Positions 28,720-39,207 of a stretch of DNA of 64,000 nt are shown here, one piece after another. Every line of letters starts with the position of its first letter. Position 1 is the stretch's first letter. Location of the stretch: assembly GCA_963777615.1 (NCBI GenBank), contig CAVZSD010000031.1:7181-71180 (forward strand), written 5' to 3'. A program made the translations under genes and the position numbers. The notes under the pieces are model-generated. The model was not told the DNA's origin. It made no database searches and saw nothing but the letters and a program-made list of their open reading frames with translations. The stretch comes from an uncultured Bacteroidota bacterium. GTDB lineage: Bacteria > Bacteroidota > Ignavibacteria > Ignavibacteriales > Ignavibacteriaceae.

Positions 28720-28958
28720 ATTCAAATTATAATTACAAAACGCAAATCAAAGGTTATTTTATGAAAATATTTTATTTATCAATCTTGATGGTATCAACAT
28801 GCGTTTCTTCTACTGAATAAAGAGACTTGAAATTATTTTCCAATTGCTATGGAAAAGTTTATAAAAGTTTATATGATGAATTATTAAGGTTTTACATTGT
28901 CTGGAATCTTATACTAAAAGCATAATTGGTTAACTAATTAAAATTCAAAAATATATTT

Positions 28959-29531
28959 ATGAAAACTCGACGAAAATTTTTACAAATAGGGGCTACGGGA
29001 GTTGCTGCTTCAATTTTTGGAAGCTTCCCAATAATCAATTTTGCTCAAACAACTTCAAAAAATAATAATGGAGTTGTGGTTTACGAAAATGAAGGTATTC
29101 ATATTCTGACCAGGCGTAAAGTTCCGATAACCGTCAAAATTTCAAAAGCAAAGGATGGAATAGATAATATTTCATTTTGCATTGAAGATATGACTCCAGG
29201 CAGAAAGATGCGTGTTCATAAGCATCTCAATAATGATGAACTTATTTTTATTCATAAAGGAGAAGGTACACTTACTTTAGATGAACAATCTATTAAAGTA
29301 AAAACCGGGGCTGTCGCATTTGTCCCTAGGGGAGTATGGCATGGATTAGATAATACCGGCAATGAAAATCTGCTAATGGTTTTTCAGTATTCACCAGCAG
29401 GTTTCGAAGAATATTTTATAGAAAATGGTACTCCGGTTGGGATGACGGCCAAGGTAAGAACTGAAGAAGAATATGCACAAACAGAGAAAAAGTATGGAAT
29501 GGTTTATAGAGACAAAAGAGTCGTTAAATAA
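28959..29531 (+). CDS. Cupin-domain protein with twin-arginine (Tat) signal
   Basis: MKTRRKFLQIGATGVAASIF.. ..HKHLNNDELIFIHKGEGTLTLD..VAFVPRGVWHGLDNTG.. Confidence 0.75.
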   Translation: MKTRRKFLQIGATGVAASIFGSFPIINFAQTTSKNNNGVVVYENEGIHILTRRKVPITVKISKAKDGIDNISFCIEDMTPGRKMRVHKHLNNDELIFIHKGEGTLTLDEQSIKVKTGAVAFVPRGVWHGLDNTGNENLLMVFQYSPAGFEEYFIENGTPVGMTAKVRTEEEYAQTEKKYGMVYRDKRVVK

Positions 29532-29935
29532 AATGATTAGTATTTGGATGGCAATCAAAAAATAATTAATAGAAAGTCTTTTTATCAGTTAGAGAAGAGT
29601 TGGAAGGAACTATTTTCCTTTGAACTTTTCTAATCTCGCCCTTGCGAAAGGAGAGACTTATTAACAATTAAAAAACTTAGCATTTTTAATTCTGACTTTA
29701 CAAACTTTCTTTTTATTCTGACTAAATTTATAATATTTTATTTTCTTAATGATATTTTTTCCTTTGCCTTAAGTTTACACGAATGCCATAAATCAGGGTA
29801 TTAGCTTTCAGAGATCGGATGTAAAGTTTAACTCCGGGATTTAGAGGCTGTGTGAAAATCAGATTTTGTTTTATAAATATTTACAAAATTGAATATGGTA
29901 ATTTTTATTTAATGAGCAATTAATATTGAACTCCT

Positions 29936-30106
29936 ACGGAGTTCGGGGTTGTTTTTGTATTTCTTTTTCTATAAATATATCGCTCCAACGGAGCGAAAAC
30001 AGATCGTGAATTAACTCCATAGGAGTTTCACAAAGTGATGGTTTTGCCAAAATATTTGTAGGACAAATATTACCCGAAAATACTCCAACTCCATAGGGGT
30101 TCAATA
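29936..30106. repeat. Family-C hairpin-cluster element
   Basis: GAACTCCTACGGAGTTC .. CGCTCCAACGGAGCG .. AACTCCATAGGAGTT .. AACTCCATAGGGGTT. Confidence 0.7.
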
Positions 30107-30139
30107 AATATTTGAATATTTATTTATTGGTTTTTAATT

Positions 30140-30276
30140 TTCACACAGCCTCTAAAGGGCTTGGCAATATAGCCCCGACCTTTGGCATAGCCATCGCTAT
30201 GCGACAGGTCGGGGAGGAGAAAAACCCTAAAAACACCACGGGCTTTAGCCATTTCAAAGAGGCGGTCAACTTGGGA
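30140..30276 (-). repeat. Family-B MITE-like element (copy with internal insertion)
   Basis: Reverse complement ..AAGTTGACCGCCTCTTTGAAATGGCTAAAGCCC..CTCCCCGACCT..AGGTCGGGGCTATATTGCC.. aligns with 56036-56140. The track ORFs 30112..30369 are artefacts of this repeat. Confidence 0.75.
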
Positions 30277-30499
30277 CATGTTATAAAATACGATATGGTT
30301 TTTGTTCCCATTCCAATTTGGGCTATTGTACATTGGCTGTTTGTATAAATAATCAATTAAGATGTCCAATTTCTAAAACCTCGTTTGTTGTATATGTGTA
30401 ATTAATATATTCACTTAATATATTGAGGAGTAAACTTTCTAAATATATTTAATCAATTATTAACTAAATACACCAACTCCATGGAGGTAATATAAAAAC

Positions 30500-31074
30500 A
30501 TGAGCAAGATTAAGAGCACCAAAAATGAATTATCGCCAGAACAATGTGAAGAACTGCTAAGAACATTAAAGGCCCGTTTTGAGAAAAACATGAGTCGGCA
30601 TAAAGATATTGAATGGGCTAAAGTACAAGCAAAGCTGGAAGCAAATAATGAAAAGCTGTGGTCACTCAATGAAATGGAAACAACCGGCGGTGAACCGGAT
30701 GTTGTTGGCCATGATAAAAAAACGGGCGAATACATTTTTTATGATTGTTCAGCCGAAAGTCCTAAAGGCCGCAGAAGTTTTTGTTATGACCGTGAAGCGC
30801 TGGAATCAAGGAAAGAAAACAAACCCCAAAACAGTGCTATTGATATGGCGGATCCATTGGCATTGAGATTTTAACGGAAGAGCAATACCGGGAGCTGCAG
30901 AAACTTGGCAGTTTCGATTTGAAAACTTCCAGCTGGATATATACACCTTCTGAGATCAGAAAACTTGGTGGCGCCATCTTTTGCGATCGCCGTTATGACA
31001 CTGTTTTTGTATATCATAACGGAGCAGATTCTTACTATGCTGCCAGAGGATTCCGCGGTTTACTAAAAGTTTGA
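30500..31074 (+). pseudogene. DUF4256-like protein, one frameshift (~30860)
   Basis: ..LWSLNEMETTGGEPDVVGHDKKTGEYIFYDCSAESPKGRRS.. continues in another frame as ..GIEILTEEQYRELQKLGSFDLKTSSWIYTPSEIRKLGGAIFCDRRYDTVFVYHNGADSYYAARGFRGLLKV*. The family name is from memory. Confidence 0.65.
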
Positions 31075-31782
31075 ATTCTCCCTACTGGAGGTAGGTCGGC
31101 TGTTTCTATTGATTCCTCTAAACGCACAGAATGAAAGAGAGATCATTACGTAATATTGGCCAAAATAATTTACACAACCTGATATTGTGTCTGCGCTTAA
31201 AAAGAAATGAATTTAAGTGATTCTACACATTTGCTTTTGTCTTAATTTAATGTACGTTTACCCCAGATTTAATCACATATTTGGCAAAGATCACTCTCTT
31301 TCAGAATCCTTCACTTTCTCCAACAAATAGCGTGGCTAAGTGCTGAACAGTGCTTGGTGTTATTTGTTCGGAAAATCTTATCGTAATTGCTCTGCTGTAA
31401 TTTTCTTAAATGACAATTAGTTATTTAAATAATCTGAGTAAAAACAGCAGCATGTTATTACGGGTTCGATACTTTATTCTACTTAAAAATTAATATAAAA
31501 AGAATATAAAATTCTGACCGATTTCATTATTGAACAGAAATGTAATAGATAAAATCGTGTTAGGGGTAATATTCATTCCAACGCATTAGTCGATTTTTAA
31601 TTCTTTGGGATTATTGAATTCATCCTTATTCCCGTTGATTATTAAAAGTCTTAAAGTGAAAAATGAGTTTTTGTTTTAAGTCTATATCCTAAAAAAATAT
31701 TCTTAGAAAACCGCCGAATCGAAAACTGATATTTAGGCATTTGTAATAGTTAAATCACTGAAAAAACCAAAAAGGAGTCTTT

Positions 31783-32496
31783 GTGAAATCATTATATTAT
31801 TCCGATTATCGAAGAGCAAGAAATTCAATAGGAGTTTACTCAATTACTTTTTTTATTTTAAGTTTAATTATGGTTGGATGTTCATCAGGCCCCACGTTTA
31901 TTAAAGCAGATTATGATCAAAAACAGATCAAAACAATTGCGATAATGCCGGTGATTGATAAAAGAAATATAGTTGAAGATACAGTTCAATCTCAGGAAAG
32001 CTTATTGAATATTGAAGAATTATTATCAAAAAAAATTATTGATAAAAGCTATGATGTTTTATCGCCGGGATCAGTGAAGAAGATCATAAAGGAAAAAGCA
32101 GTTGAAAATATGTCTCCTGAAAACTTGTGTTCAATACTAAAGGTTGACGGGATTCTATTCAGTGAACTATTTGATTATGCCAATGTATTTTTTATAAATC
32201 ATTCAATAAAAATGGAATTTAAACTTTTTGATGCAAAAGGTGACAGTCTCTGGATAAATAACATGGATGATATCGACAGGCCTTTTCTATCCGCATTTGG
32301 TGCTTCATTAGGTTGGGCAGTTGGTGTAGCTGTTGACAAAAAAATATCTTCCAAAAATAAATTACCTACAATCCTTGCCGGTGTTGCCGCGGCCGAAGTA
32401 GTATATGTTATTGTTGATGGAGTTAGTAATGAAACATCTCAGAGTATTGATAAAGTATTTAATTCTTTGCCCGAAGCAAAAGGGACTATTAAATGA
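31783..32496 (+). CDS. Hypothetical lipoprotein (GNA1162/DUF799-like?) with glycine-zipper C-terminus
   Basis: Lipobox ..LIMVGCSSG. ..IKTIAIMPVIDKRN.. C-terminal ..GASLGWAVGVAV..ILAGVAAAEVV.. GTG start. Confidence 0.45.
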   Translation: MKSLYYSDYRRARNSIGVYSITFFILSLIMVGCSSGPTFIKADYDQKQIKTIAIMPVIDKRNIVEDTVQSQESLLNIEELLSKKIIDKSYDVLSPGSVKKIIKEKAVENMSPENLCSILKVDGILFSELFDYANVFFINHSIKMEFKLFDAKGDSLWINNMDDIDRPFLSAFGASLGWAVGVAVDKKISSKNKLPTILAGVAAAEVVYVIVDGVSNETSQSIDKVFNSLPEAKGTIK

Positions 32497-32618
32497 GATA
32501 AATATTTATTGACGAAAACAAAAAATATTATTTGCTTAAACGAAGTATCCGAAAAAAAATGAAATCAAAAAATGATTGTTTAAGAAATATATATCACCGC
32601 CAACTAAAAAAATGACGT

Positions 32619-33107
32619 ATGAATAATCTGCGGCTATTCTTAATTAGCGCAATCATTATGGGACTTGGTGCAACGCTAACTTTTGATCTTTGGGCTCTGT
32701 TTCTCAAACTTGCCTTTAAGATTACTCCATCCAACATCTGTTTGGTGGGGCGTTGGCTTCTATATATGCCGGAAGGAATCTTTAAGCATTCAAATATTAT
32801 GTCATCTACACCTAAGAGCGCAGAATGTACAGTAGGATGGCTTGCCCACTATATATTTGGCATTACGTTCGCCATTATTTTCATTGTATTAGTGGGCAGT
32901 AACTGGCTTCAGCATCCAACATTGATTCCGGCAATCGTCTATGGAATTACTACTGTCCTGGCCCCATTTTTCATTATGCAGCCTGCATTTGGATTCGGAT
33001 TTGCAGCATCAAAGACGCCAAATCCTACACAGGCAAGAATTCGTAGTTTGATGAATCATACTGCATTTGGCGTCGGTCTTTACCTGTTTGCATTATTGGT
33101 AAACTAA
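32619..33107 (+). CDS. Integral membrane protein (DUF2938-like)
   Basis: Four predicted TM segments. ..GLGATLTFDLWALFLK..LVGRWLLYMPEG..GWLAHYIFGITFA.. Confidence 0.55.
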   Translation: MNNLRLFLISAIIMGLGATLTFDLWALFLKLAFKITPSNICLVGRWLLYMPEGIFKHSNIMSSTPKSAECTVGWLAHYIFGITFAIIFIVLVGSNWLQHPTLIPAIVYGITTVLAPFFIMQPAFGFGFAASKTPNPTQARIRSLMNHTAFGVGLYLFALLVN

Positions 33108-33131
33108 AGAAAGGGGCGGGGCTTTCTTTTA
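33106..33131 (+). terminator. Putative rho-independent terminator
   Basis: AAAGAAAG-GGGCGGGG-CTTTCTTT immediately after the stop at 33107. Confidence 0.45.
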
Positions 33132-33214
33132 CTCGATAACAAAATTAAATAAATAGTTCTTGGGTAAATCGAATTATCGTTCCTATAGGCTGAAATAAAA
33201 AAGGAGAAAACACA

Positions 33215-33896
33215 ATGACTACTAATGAACGAATTGCAACTTCACCAAGAAAAATTGCAATGGCGGCGGGAGTGCTATACCTGCTCACCTTTGTCTCAAT
33301 CCCGACCCTCGCTCTATACAGTTCGATACACGATCCTAACTACATTGTCGGCTCTGGGCCGGATACTTCAGTAATTATCGGCGGTATCCTGGAGATTATC
33401 GTGGCTCTCGCCGGCATCGGCACCGCTGTCGTGCTCTTCCCGGTACTCAAGAAGCAAAACGAAAGTTTCGCTTTAGGCCTCGTCGCCGCCCGAATTCTGG
33501 AATCCAGCACCATCTTTGTCGGCGTGGCGTTCATTTTATCTATAGTAACTTTGCGGCAGGCCGGAGCTGGAGCGGATGCTTTAATCACCAGCCATGCGCT
33601 TGCCGCTCTTGTATGACCGCATCTTCCTTCTCGGGCAAAGTTTTATGCCGGCAGTATGCGATCTGCTGCTGGGATTACTGCTGTACAAGTCGCGCCTGGT
33701 GCCCCGAGCCCTTGCTTTGATCGGAATTATCGGATCGCCTATACTCGTTATTGGTTACATTGCCTTGCTGTTCGGTCTTATTGGACGGATTTCCCCCTTG
33801 GCTGCTCTGTCTGCAATTCCGGTTGCGTTATTTGAGTTTTCGCTGGGTGTTTGGTTAATTGTTAAAGGATTCAATCCTTCTGCAATTAAATCATAA
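33215..33896 (+). pseudogene. Membrane protein (DUF4386-like), one frameshift (~33600); about 50% GC
   Basis: ORFs 33215..33616 and 33594..33896 join at ..ITSHALAAL/YDRIFLLGQSF.. Multiple TM helices. A sampled 60-nt stretch (33361-33420) is 53% GC, versus about 25-30% in the neighbours. Confidence 0.6.
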
Positions 33897-34369
33897 AGAT
33901 TTAATTAAATCTTAAATTCACAAAACACAACTTTAATAGTTGCGAAAAAGAAAGTAAAATAATGTCATTCGATTCTGCACTGGTAGTTCGTTTACATTTA
34001 CCGCGATTTAAAATAAATCAGCGACAATTAATTCCTGGCTGTGAGTTTTGCCTGCCCGCATCGAGCGAACCAAAACAATATTCAGAAGATCAAACCTCAC
34101 TTCCTTCGTAGGCGATTTTTATTGACTCCCAGATTTTACCATTTGAGTAAACATGTCCACCTTTGGATGATTACTCATCGCTTCATTTAATCTTGCGATA
34201 ATTTATCGGTTAACATTTTTGTATTCGTTCCGCTTTTACGATTATAATTTTTATTTTTGCCTGTTAATGCTTCACTTTATTTTATAATTTTCCTTTCGCT
34301 ATCACTCCATTATATCCTGCTTACTAGCAGGCAGGCGGAAGGTAGGTTTATATAAACAACTTTTGATAA

Positions 34370-34975
34370 ATGAATGATATGAATCCTAAGGTTGATTTCT
34401 TTTTTAGTAAAGCAAAGAAGTGGAAAAAAGAATTTGAGAAATTGAGAATGATCATTCTTGACTGCGGACTGACCGAAGAATTGAAGTGGGGTTGTCCCTG
34501 TTACACATTTCCCGCCACAGCGGGCAGGCAGAAAAGCAACATAGTTTTAATACATGGATTTAAAGAATACTGTGCGCTTTTGTTTTTCAAAGGTGCTTTA
34601 TTAAGTGATGCACCGGGTATTCTAATTCAGCAAACAAAGAATGTGCAGGCGGCACGCCAGATTCGATTTACCAACGTTAAAGAAATAGTTAATATAGAAT
34701 CCAATTTGAAAGCTTATATATATGAAGCCATTGAAGTGGAAAAAGCCGGATTAAAAGTTAATCTCAAAAAGACTTCAGAATTCAAAATTCCTAAAGAATT
34801 CCAAAATAAATTAGATGATTTCCCTGACTTAAAAACTGCATTTAAAACATTAACCCCGGGAAGGCAAAGAGCATACATTCTTTATTTTTCTCAACCCAAA
34901 CAATCTAAAACCCGGGACGCTAGAATTGAAAAATATATGCCGCAAATTCTAAGCGGAAAAGGATTAAATGATTAG
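34370..34975 (+). CDS. YdeI/OmpD-associated (DUF1801-containing) family protein
   Basis: ..KWKKEFEKLRMIILDCGLTEELKWGCPCYTF..NIVLIHGFKEYCALLFFKGALL..LTPGRQRAYILYFSQPKQSKTR.. Confidence 0.7.
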   Translation: MNDMNPKVDFFFSKAKKWKKEFEKLRMIILDCGLTEELKWGCPCYTFPATAGRQKSNIVLIHGFKEYCALLFFKGALLSDAPGILIQQTKNVQAARQIRFTNVKEIVNIESNLKAYIYEAIEVEKAGLKVNLKKTSEFKIPKEFQNKLDDFPDLKTAFKTLTPGRQRAYILYFSQPKQSKTRDARIEKYMPQILSGKGLND

Positions 34976-35028
34976 TTTATTTGAAGAGAAGATAAGGTTT
35001 AATTGACAAAATAATTTTAGGGAAAAAT

Positions 35029-36045
35029 ATGTCAGACAATGATGTAAAAATAATGGCTGCTTTAATAGCGGCATTAACTTCACTTCTTGTTGCAATATTG
35101 GGTTATTTTTTTTCAAGAAGGAATCAGAGAGAGCTTGAAAAGTTAAAAGCAGAATATGCTGAAAGTAAATCTGAAAAAGATGCTTTAAGGGATTATGAAT
35201 ATGAAGCTAAAAAAAGATTATACCATGAATGCGGGCCATTACTTTTCTTATTACTGGAGAGTTCTGAAAGAGCTTTAAAAAGAATAACAAATTTGGCTAG
35301 GGCTGCAAGTGAAGGAAATTTATCAGGGCAGGATACATGGTTATCTAAAAAATATTATAAGCTATCAACCTGGTATACATTGCTTCAGCCGTTGGCAATT
35401 GTTAATCTCATTCAGAAACGCTTAACCTTACTTGATTTATCTTTGGATCATCTTATACATATACAATATTCAATTGCCAAAATTATTTATCAATTGTTTG
35501 CACATGATTTTAAATTAGCAAAATTAAGTCAGCCTACGCTTGAGTATGATCCTCATTCTCCGGATGCGGAAGAAAAAAGAGCATCAAATCCAGAAAAATA
35601 TTACCAGCAGGGAATACCAATTGGCATTCTAGATAATGCAATTGATTCAATGATTATGAAAGAGTCAAAAGAAACCTGGCGGTTAATGTCATTTGCTGAA
35701 TTTGAAAGAGAATATTTAAATGAGAATTCGACTTTACATGCTGCATTTAAAAGAATAGAATATTTACTATTTCAATTTCATCCGAAAACACGGCCGGTTC
35801 TTTGGAGAATTTTAGTTGCCCAGGCAAATCTTTATTCAATTCTTTTGCAAACCCGATCAATGAGTAGTCGAACCGTAAATATTAATGCAATTGTAAAAAA
35901 CAATATTCAAGATCGAACACAATTTGATTGGCGGGATGAAAAAGAAAAAATTAATTCAGATATTAATGTTGATAAACCATTTGAAGTTTACAAAATATAT
36001 TTTGATAATAATGTTTTGCCTGTAATAAATAATATCTGCAAATAA
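35029..36045 (+). CDS. Hypothetical protein: N-terminal TM helix + coiled coil + unknown ~250-aa domain
   Basis: IMAALIAALTSLLVAILGYFF then RRNQRELEKLKAEYAESKSEKDALRDYEYEAKK.. I recognise no family. Confidence 0.5.
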   Translation: MSDNDVKIMAALIAALTSLLVAILGYFFSRRNQRELEKLKAEYAESKSEKDALRDYEYEAKKRLYHECGPLLFLLLESSERALKRITNLARAASEGNLSGQDTWLSKKYYKLSTWYTLLQPLAIVNLIQKRLTLLDLSLDHLIHIQYSIAKIIYQLFAHDFKLAKLSQPTLEYDPHSPDAEEKRASNPEKYYQQGIPIGILDNAIDSMIMKESKETWRLMSFAEFEREYLNENSTLHAAFKRIEYLLFQFHPKTRPVLWRILVAQANLYSILLQTRSMSSRTVNINAIVKNNIQDRTQFDWRDEKEKINSDINVDKPFEVYKIYFDNNVLPVINNICK

Positions 36046-36121
36046 AGTTAAAAATTATTTTTATTTTTGTATGATAGCAGTTCAACCGGATTCCATTTTC
36101 ATATTTGTTATTATTAAATAA

Positions 36122-36286
36122 CTCAAGTTGACCGCTTAGTGTTGTAAACCGTTAAAACGGTTAATATTCTATATTTTTTTCTTATTAACCCACGGATTAA
36201 TCCGTGGGTTAATGAAACAAAAAGCAATTTTTGTAACCGTTTCAACGGTTTTTGTTACAAACAAATTTTTAGGCGGTCAACTTGAG
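36122..36286. mobile_element. Family-B MITE-like element with perfect 14-bp terminal inverted repeats
   Basis: CTCAAGTTGACCGC (36122-36135) and GCGGTCAACTTGAG (36273-36286). Internal hairpins AACCGTTAAAACGGTT, CCCACGGATTAATCCGTGGG and AACCGTTTCAACGGTT. Confidence 0.75.
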
Positions 36287-36392
36287 TAAAAAAAATAACT
36301 TTCTTGTTTTAAGCGGACAAGTTAAATATAAACCGGTTAGTCATCTGTAATTAATTTTATAACTTTCAATTTAATTCATAAGGACCAATAAA

Positions 36393-36836
36393 ATGGACAA
36401 TCTGGAAAAGGAGATACAAGGAACATGGTGGTTATTATCAAGAGAAGATTATACTAATGACGGACAAAAGAGAATTGATCCTGTTTTAGGTTCTGATCCC
36501 GTTGCCATACTTGTATATGCCAATAATCATTTTGCTGCCCAGTTCATGAAGAGAGATCGAAACAATATAGATTCAATTACACAAGCCACCGCTGCAGGGC
36601 AAAATAATACCGGTGCCATAGGCGGTTACGATGCATATTTTGGTAAGTATCAGATACAAGACGGTACAAATCAAGTTGCACATACTCTTGTTGGTTCTAT
36701 CAATCCGGCAAACATTGGATTAACAGTAAACCGGAGCTTAAATGTAGAAGGGGATAAAATGACTATTAAGCTGGATACAACCACCCCAGAGGGGGAGCCC
36801 ATAATCAGGACATTAACCTGGGAAAGAATTAAATAA
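36393..36836 (+). CDS. Lipocalin-like domain protein
   Basis: ..IQGTWWLLSREDYTNDGQKRIDPVLGSDPVAILVYANNHF..YFGKYQI.. is the typical lipocalin-like (YceI-unrelated) family pattern. Confidence 0.6.
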   Translation: MDNLEKEIQGTWWLLSREDYTNDGQKRIDPVLGSDPVAILVYANNHFAAQFMKRDRNNIDSITQATAAGQNNTGAIGGYDAYFGKYQIQDGTNQVAHTLVGSINPANIGLTVNRSLNVEGDKMTIKLDTTTPEGEPIIRTLTWERIK

Positions 36837-36883
36837 AAAGTTATGGAAAGGAACATTGCTTGGCCCATAAATCAAAAACATCT

Positions 36884-37285
36884 ATGAAAAATATTGTTAA
36901 GCAAAAATTTAATTCATATCCACAACACATCAAGCCTAAGATGGAGAACCTTCGAAATTTGATTTACGAAACTGCAAAAACAACTGATGGAGTTGGCGAG
37001 CTTGAAGAAACATTAAAATGGGGTGAGCCGGCTTATCTGCCATCAAAATCCAAAAGCGGAACAACTATTAGAATTGACTGGAAACCAAAAAGCCCTGAGC
37101 AGATTGGTTTGTACGTAAGCTGCAGTACAACTTTAATTAGTACTTTCAGAATGCTTTTTGCAGATGACTTAAAATTCGAAGGTAACAGGGCAATAGTTCT
37201 TCCGGTTGAAAAACCAATACCCAAAAAGCAATTGATGCTTTGCATAAAAATGGCGCTTCGTTATCACCTTGATAAAGGCAGATAA
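36884..37285 (+). CDS. DUF1801 domain protein
   Basis: ..LRNLIYETAKTTDGVGELEETLKWGEPAY.. The ATG at 36884 is preferred over the TTG at 36860. Confidence 0.6.
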   Translation: MKNIVKQKFNSYPQHIKPKMENLRNLIYETAKTTDGVGELEETLKWGEPAYLPSKSKSGTTIRIDWKPKSPEQIGLYVSCSTTLISTFRMLFADDLKFEGNRAIVLPVEKPIPKKQLMLCIKMALRYHLDKGR

Positions 37286-37426
37286 GCAGCAAATCACCGG
37301 AAGCGCATATTTGTTACTAAAGTTTTTCAATTGATAAGGTTTTATATTTTCACACAATCTCTAACGGGGTAAACTAAAGTTAGGCGTAAGGCCTATAGCC
37401 ACAGTAAAAATATATCGGGCATCAAC

Positions 37427-37996
37427 ATGAATCCCAAAATAATTGTTATAATTACTATTGCATACCTGTATGGATTTTTTGAATATTATTTAAGTTTTCG
37501 GCAAAGACAAAAAACTAAAATTGTTCGCAAAGGTGATAAAGGAAGTTTGCGGGTGCTTTTTATCTCTATAACAATTGGTTATTTGTTTTCTTTTTCTATT
37601 GCTGCCACGAAAATTGGCCGGATTTATAATTGGGATATTATGTTTGCATTTGGGATCTTAATAATAATCGTTGGGTTGATTATTAGGATTATCTCTATTA
37701 GAACACTTAAACAATACTTCACGTATTCTGTTGCCAAAGCTGAAAACCACGAACTAATTGAAAAAAGGTTTTATAAATTCATTAGGCATCCTGGTTATTT
37801 AGGCCAATTAATAATTTTCACCGGCATTTCTATTTCATTATCAAATTGGCTTTCCGTAATTCTCATGCTTCTATCGATTCTTGTTGGATATTTGAATCGC
37901 ATTACAGTTGAAGAAAATTTTATGGTTGAGCAAATGGGCGTTAGATATTCCGACTATCAGAAGAGGACAAAAAAGCTAATACCAAAAATTTATTAA
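37427..37996 (+). CDS. Isoprenylcysteine carboxyl methyltransferase (ICMT) family membrane protein
   Basis: Multiple TM segments. ..LIEKRFYKFIRHPGYLGQLIIFTGISI..ITVEENFMVEQMG.. Confidence 0.75.
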   Translation: MNPKIIVIITIAYLYGFFEYYLSFRQRQKTKIVRKGDKGSLRVLFISITIGYLFSFSIAATKIGRIYNWDIMFAFGILIIIVGLIIRIISIRTLKQYFTYSVAKAENHELIEKRFYKFIRHPGYLGQLIIFTGISISLSNWLSVILMLLSILVGYLNRITVEENFMVEQMGVRYSDYQKRTKKLIPKIY

Positions 37997-38149
37997 GTTA
38001 GCAGTGGCTATCAAGTTGCTCAGGACGGCAGCGAGTTCGCTTTCAATATTTGTATAAGTTAATAGTAGTGCTTTAGCAACCACGCCGCTAGGCGTTTCAC
38101 CTGGAAAGAGAGAAAATATAAAGAATATGCTTTAGAAGGAGGCATAGTT

Positions 38150-39013
38150 ATGAATCAACAGTTGAAAGGGAACTTCGGGAGTGAATTTGAGAGGTATGCA
38201 GTTTGTTTTTTATCTTTTGTTTGTGGTTTGATACTTATTTATTTAGCGATTGAGGGGCCATTGCTATTGAATCAAATTCACTACAAAACATCACCTTCAG
38301 GTATATTCCAGATTAAAGGACAAGACTTAATAAATTTGTTCGTGTTAAGTCCCATTTTAATTTATAGTTCTATTGCATTGTCTTTAAGGAAATTGCATTC
38401 AAAGTATCTAATAATAATTACACCATTATATTTAATTTACTTTGTGTTAAGCTATACGATAGGCTTAGAGTGGGGTTCTTTAATTTATACCGGTAATAGT
38501 GAAAAGTACGCTTTCTATTTTTTGTTTGTTATGGTCTCCTCGTTATTCACACTATTTTATGCTCTTAGTATTTTTCCTAAAAAAGTTGAAAATAGTTTCA
38601 GTAAAAAATTTCTTGTTCCATATTCAATTATTTTTGTGCTTTTTATTTTGATTTTTTCTTCAATGTGGATTAATGAGATAATCAGTGTTATACAAACGGG
38701 GACTGCCCCCGGCTATGTTGAAACACCAACAATGTTTTGGACGATACGATTTTTTGATTTAGGCTTTACAATACCTATTGGATTATTAAGCGTCTATTTA
38801 CTTTGGACAAAACCCAACGCAACTTACTCTATTCAATTCATGTTTTACGGATTTTTTATTACAATGATATTAGCAGTAAATGCTATGGGAATTATGATGT
38901 ATATAAATAATGACCCCAATTTTTCAGTAGGAAGCGAGATTGTTTTTGTAGCTTTGGCTTTAATTGTAATAGCTGGTTTTGTCTTTTTGATTAGGAAATT
39001 TAAGGTACAATAA
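38150..39013 (+). CDS. Polytopic membrane protein, unknown family
   Basis: 287 aa with about 8 hydrophobic segments. No motif recognised. Confidence 0.5.
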   Translation: MNQQLKGNFGSEFERYAVCFLSFVCGLILIYLAIEGPLLLNQIHYKTSPSGIFQIKGQDLINLFVLSPILIYSSIALSLRKLHSKYLIIITPLYLIYFVLSYTIGLEWGSLIYTGNSEKYAFYFLFVMVSSLFTLFYALSIFPKKVENSFSKKFLVPYSIIFVLFILIFSSMWINEIISVIQTGTAPGYVETPTMFWTIRFFDLGFTIPIGLLSVYLLWTKPNATYSIQFMFYGFFITMILAVNAMGIMMYINNDPNFSVGSEIVFVALALIVIAGFVFLIRKFKVQ

Positions 39014-39207
39014 TTTAATATTATTTAGATTGGTTTACAAAATAAAGTTGCTTTTTAAAGTAGGTGGTTTTAATAAATATTTTTAAAAAATAAAAAGTAA
39101 TTGCAATTGATTGGCATTCTCGTTTTGGCATTGCCGCTATGTGAGCCTCTCCGCAAACAGCGTAAACTCAAGTAAGTTACAACGCAGTTATTCAAAAGGA
39201 TAAAAAT

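Noticed and set aside
30112-30369. Track ORFs inside repeats (30112..30348, 30124..30369, 30141..30356; also 56017..56256, 20939..21130, 21078..21344, 42037..42234 as a separate gene)
   Set aside because: They coincide with family-B or family-A repeats or with the 21-bp tandem array. Their sequences are low-complexity or repeat-derived, and they lack start context. I treat them as non-coding.
31128-31310. Long-range inverted repeat (GAAAGAGAGATC .. GATCACTCTCTTTC, plus TTGGCCAAA/TTTGCCAAA) as a MITE
   Set aside because: The arms are imperfect and short, no second copy exists in the window, and there is no target-site duplication. The evidence is insufficient.
31448-31480. tRNA-like T-arm (GGGTTCGATAC)
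   Set aside because: No acceptor stem, anticodon arm or D-arm can be built around it. It is an isolated chance match.
34511-34530. GC-rich mini-hairpin (CCCGCCACAGCGGGCAGGCA) as an in-frame insertion in the YdeI-like gene, with its reverse complement GCCTGCCCGC at 34050-34059
   Set aside because: The extra ..FPATAGRQKS.. segment looks like an insertion relative to my memory of the family. I cannot verify this without an alignment, and the motif is too short to exclude chance.
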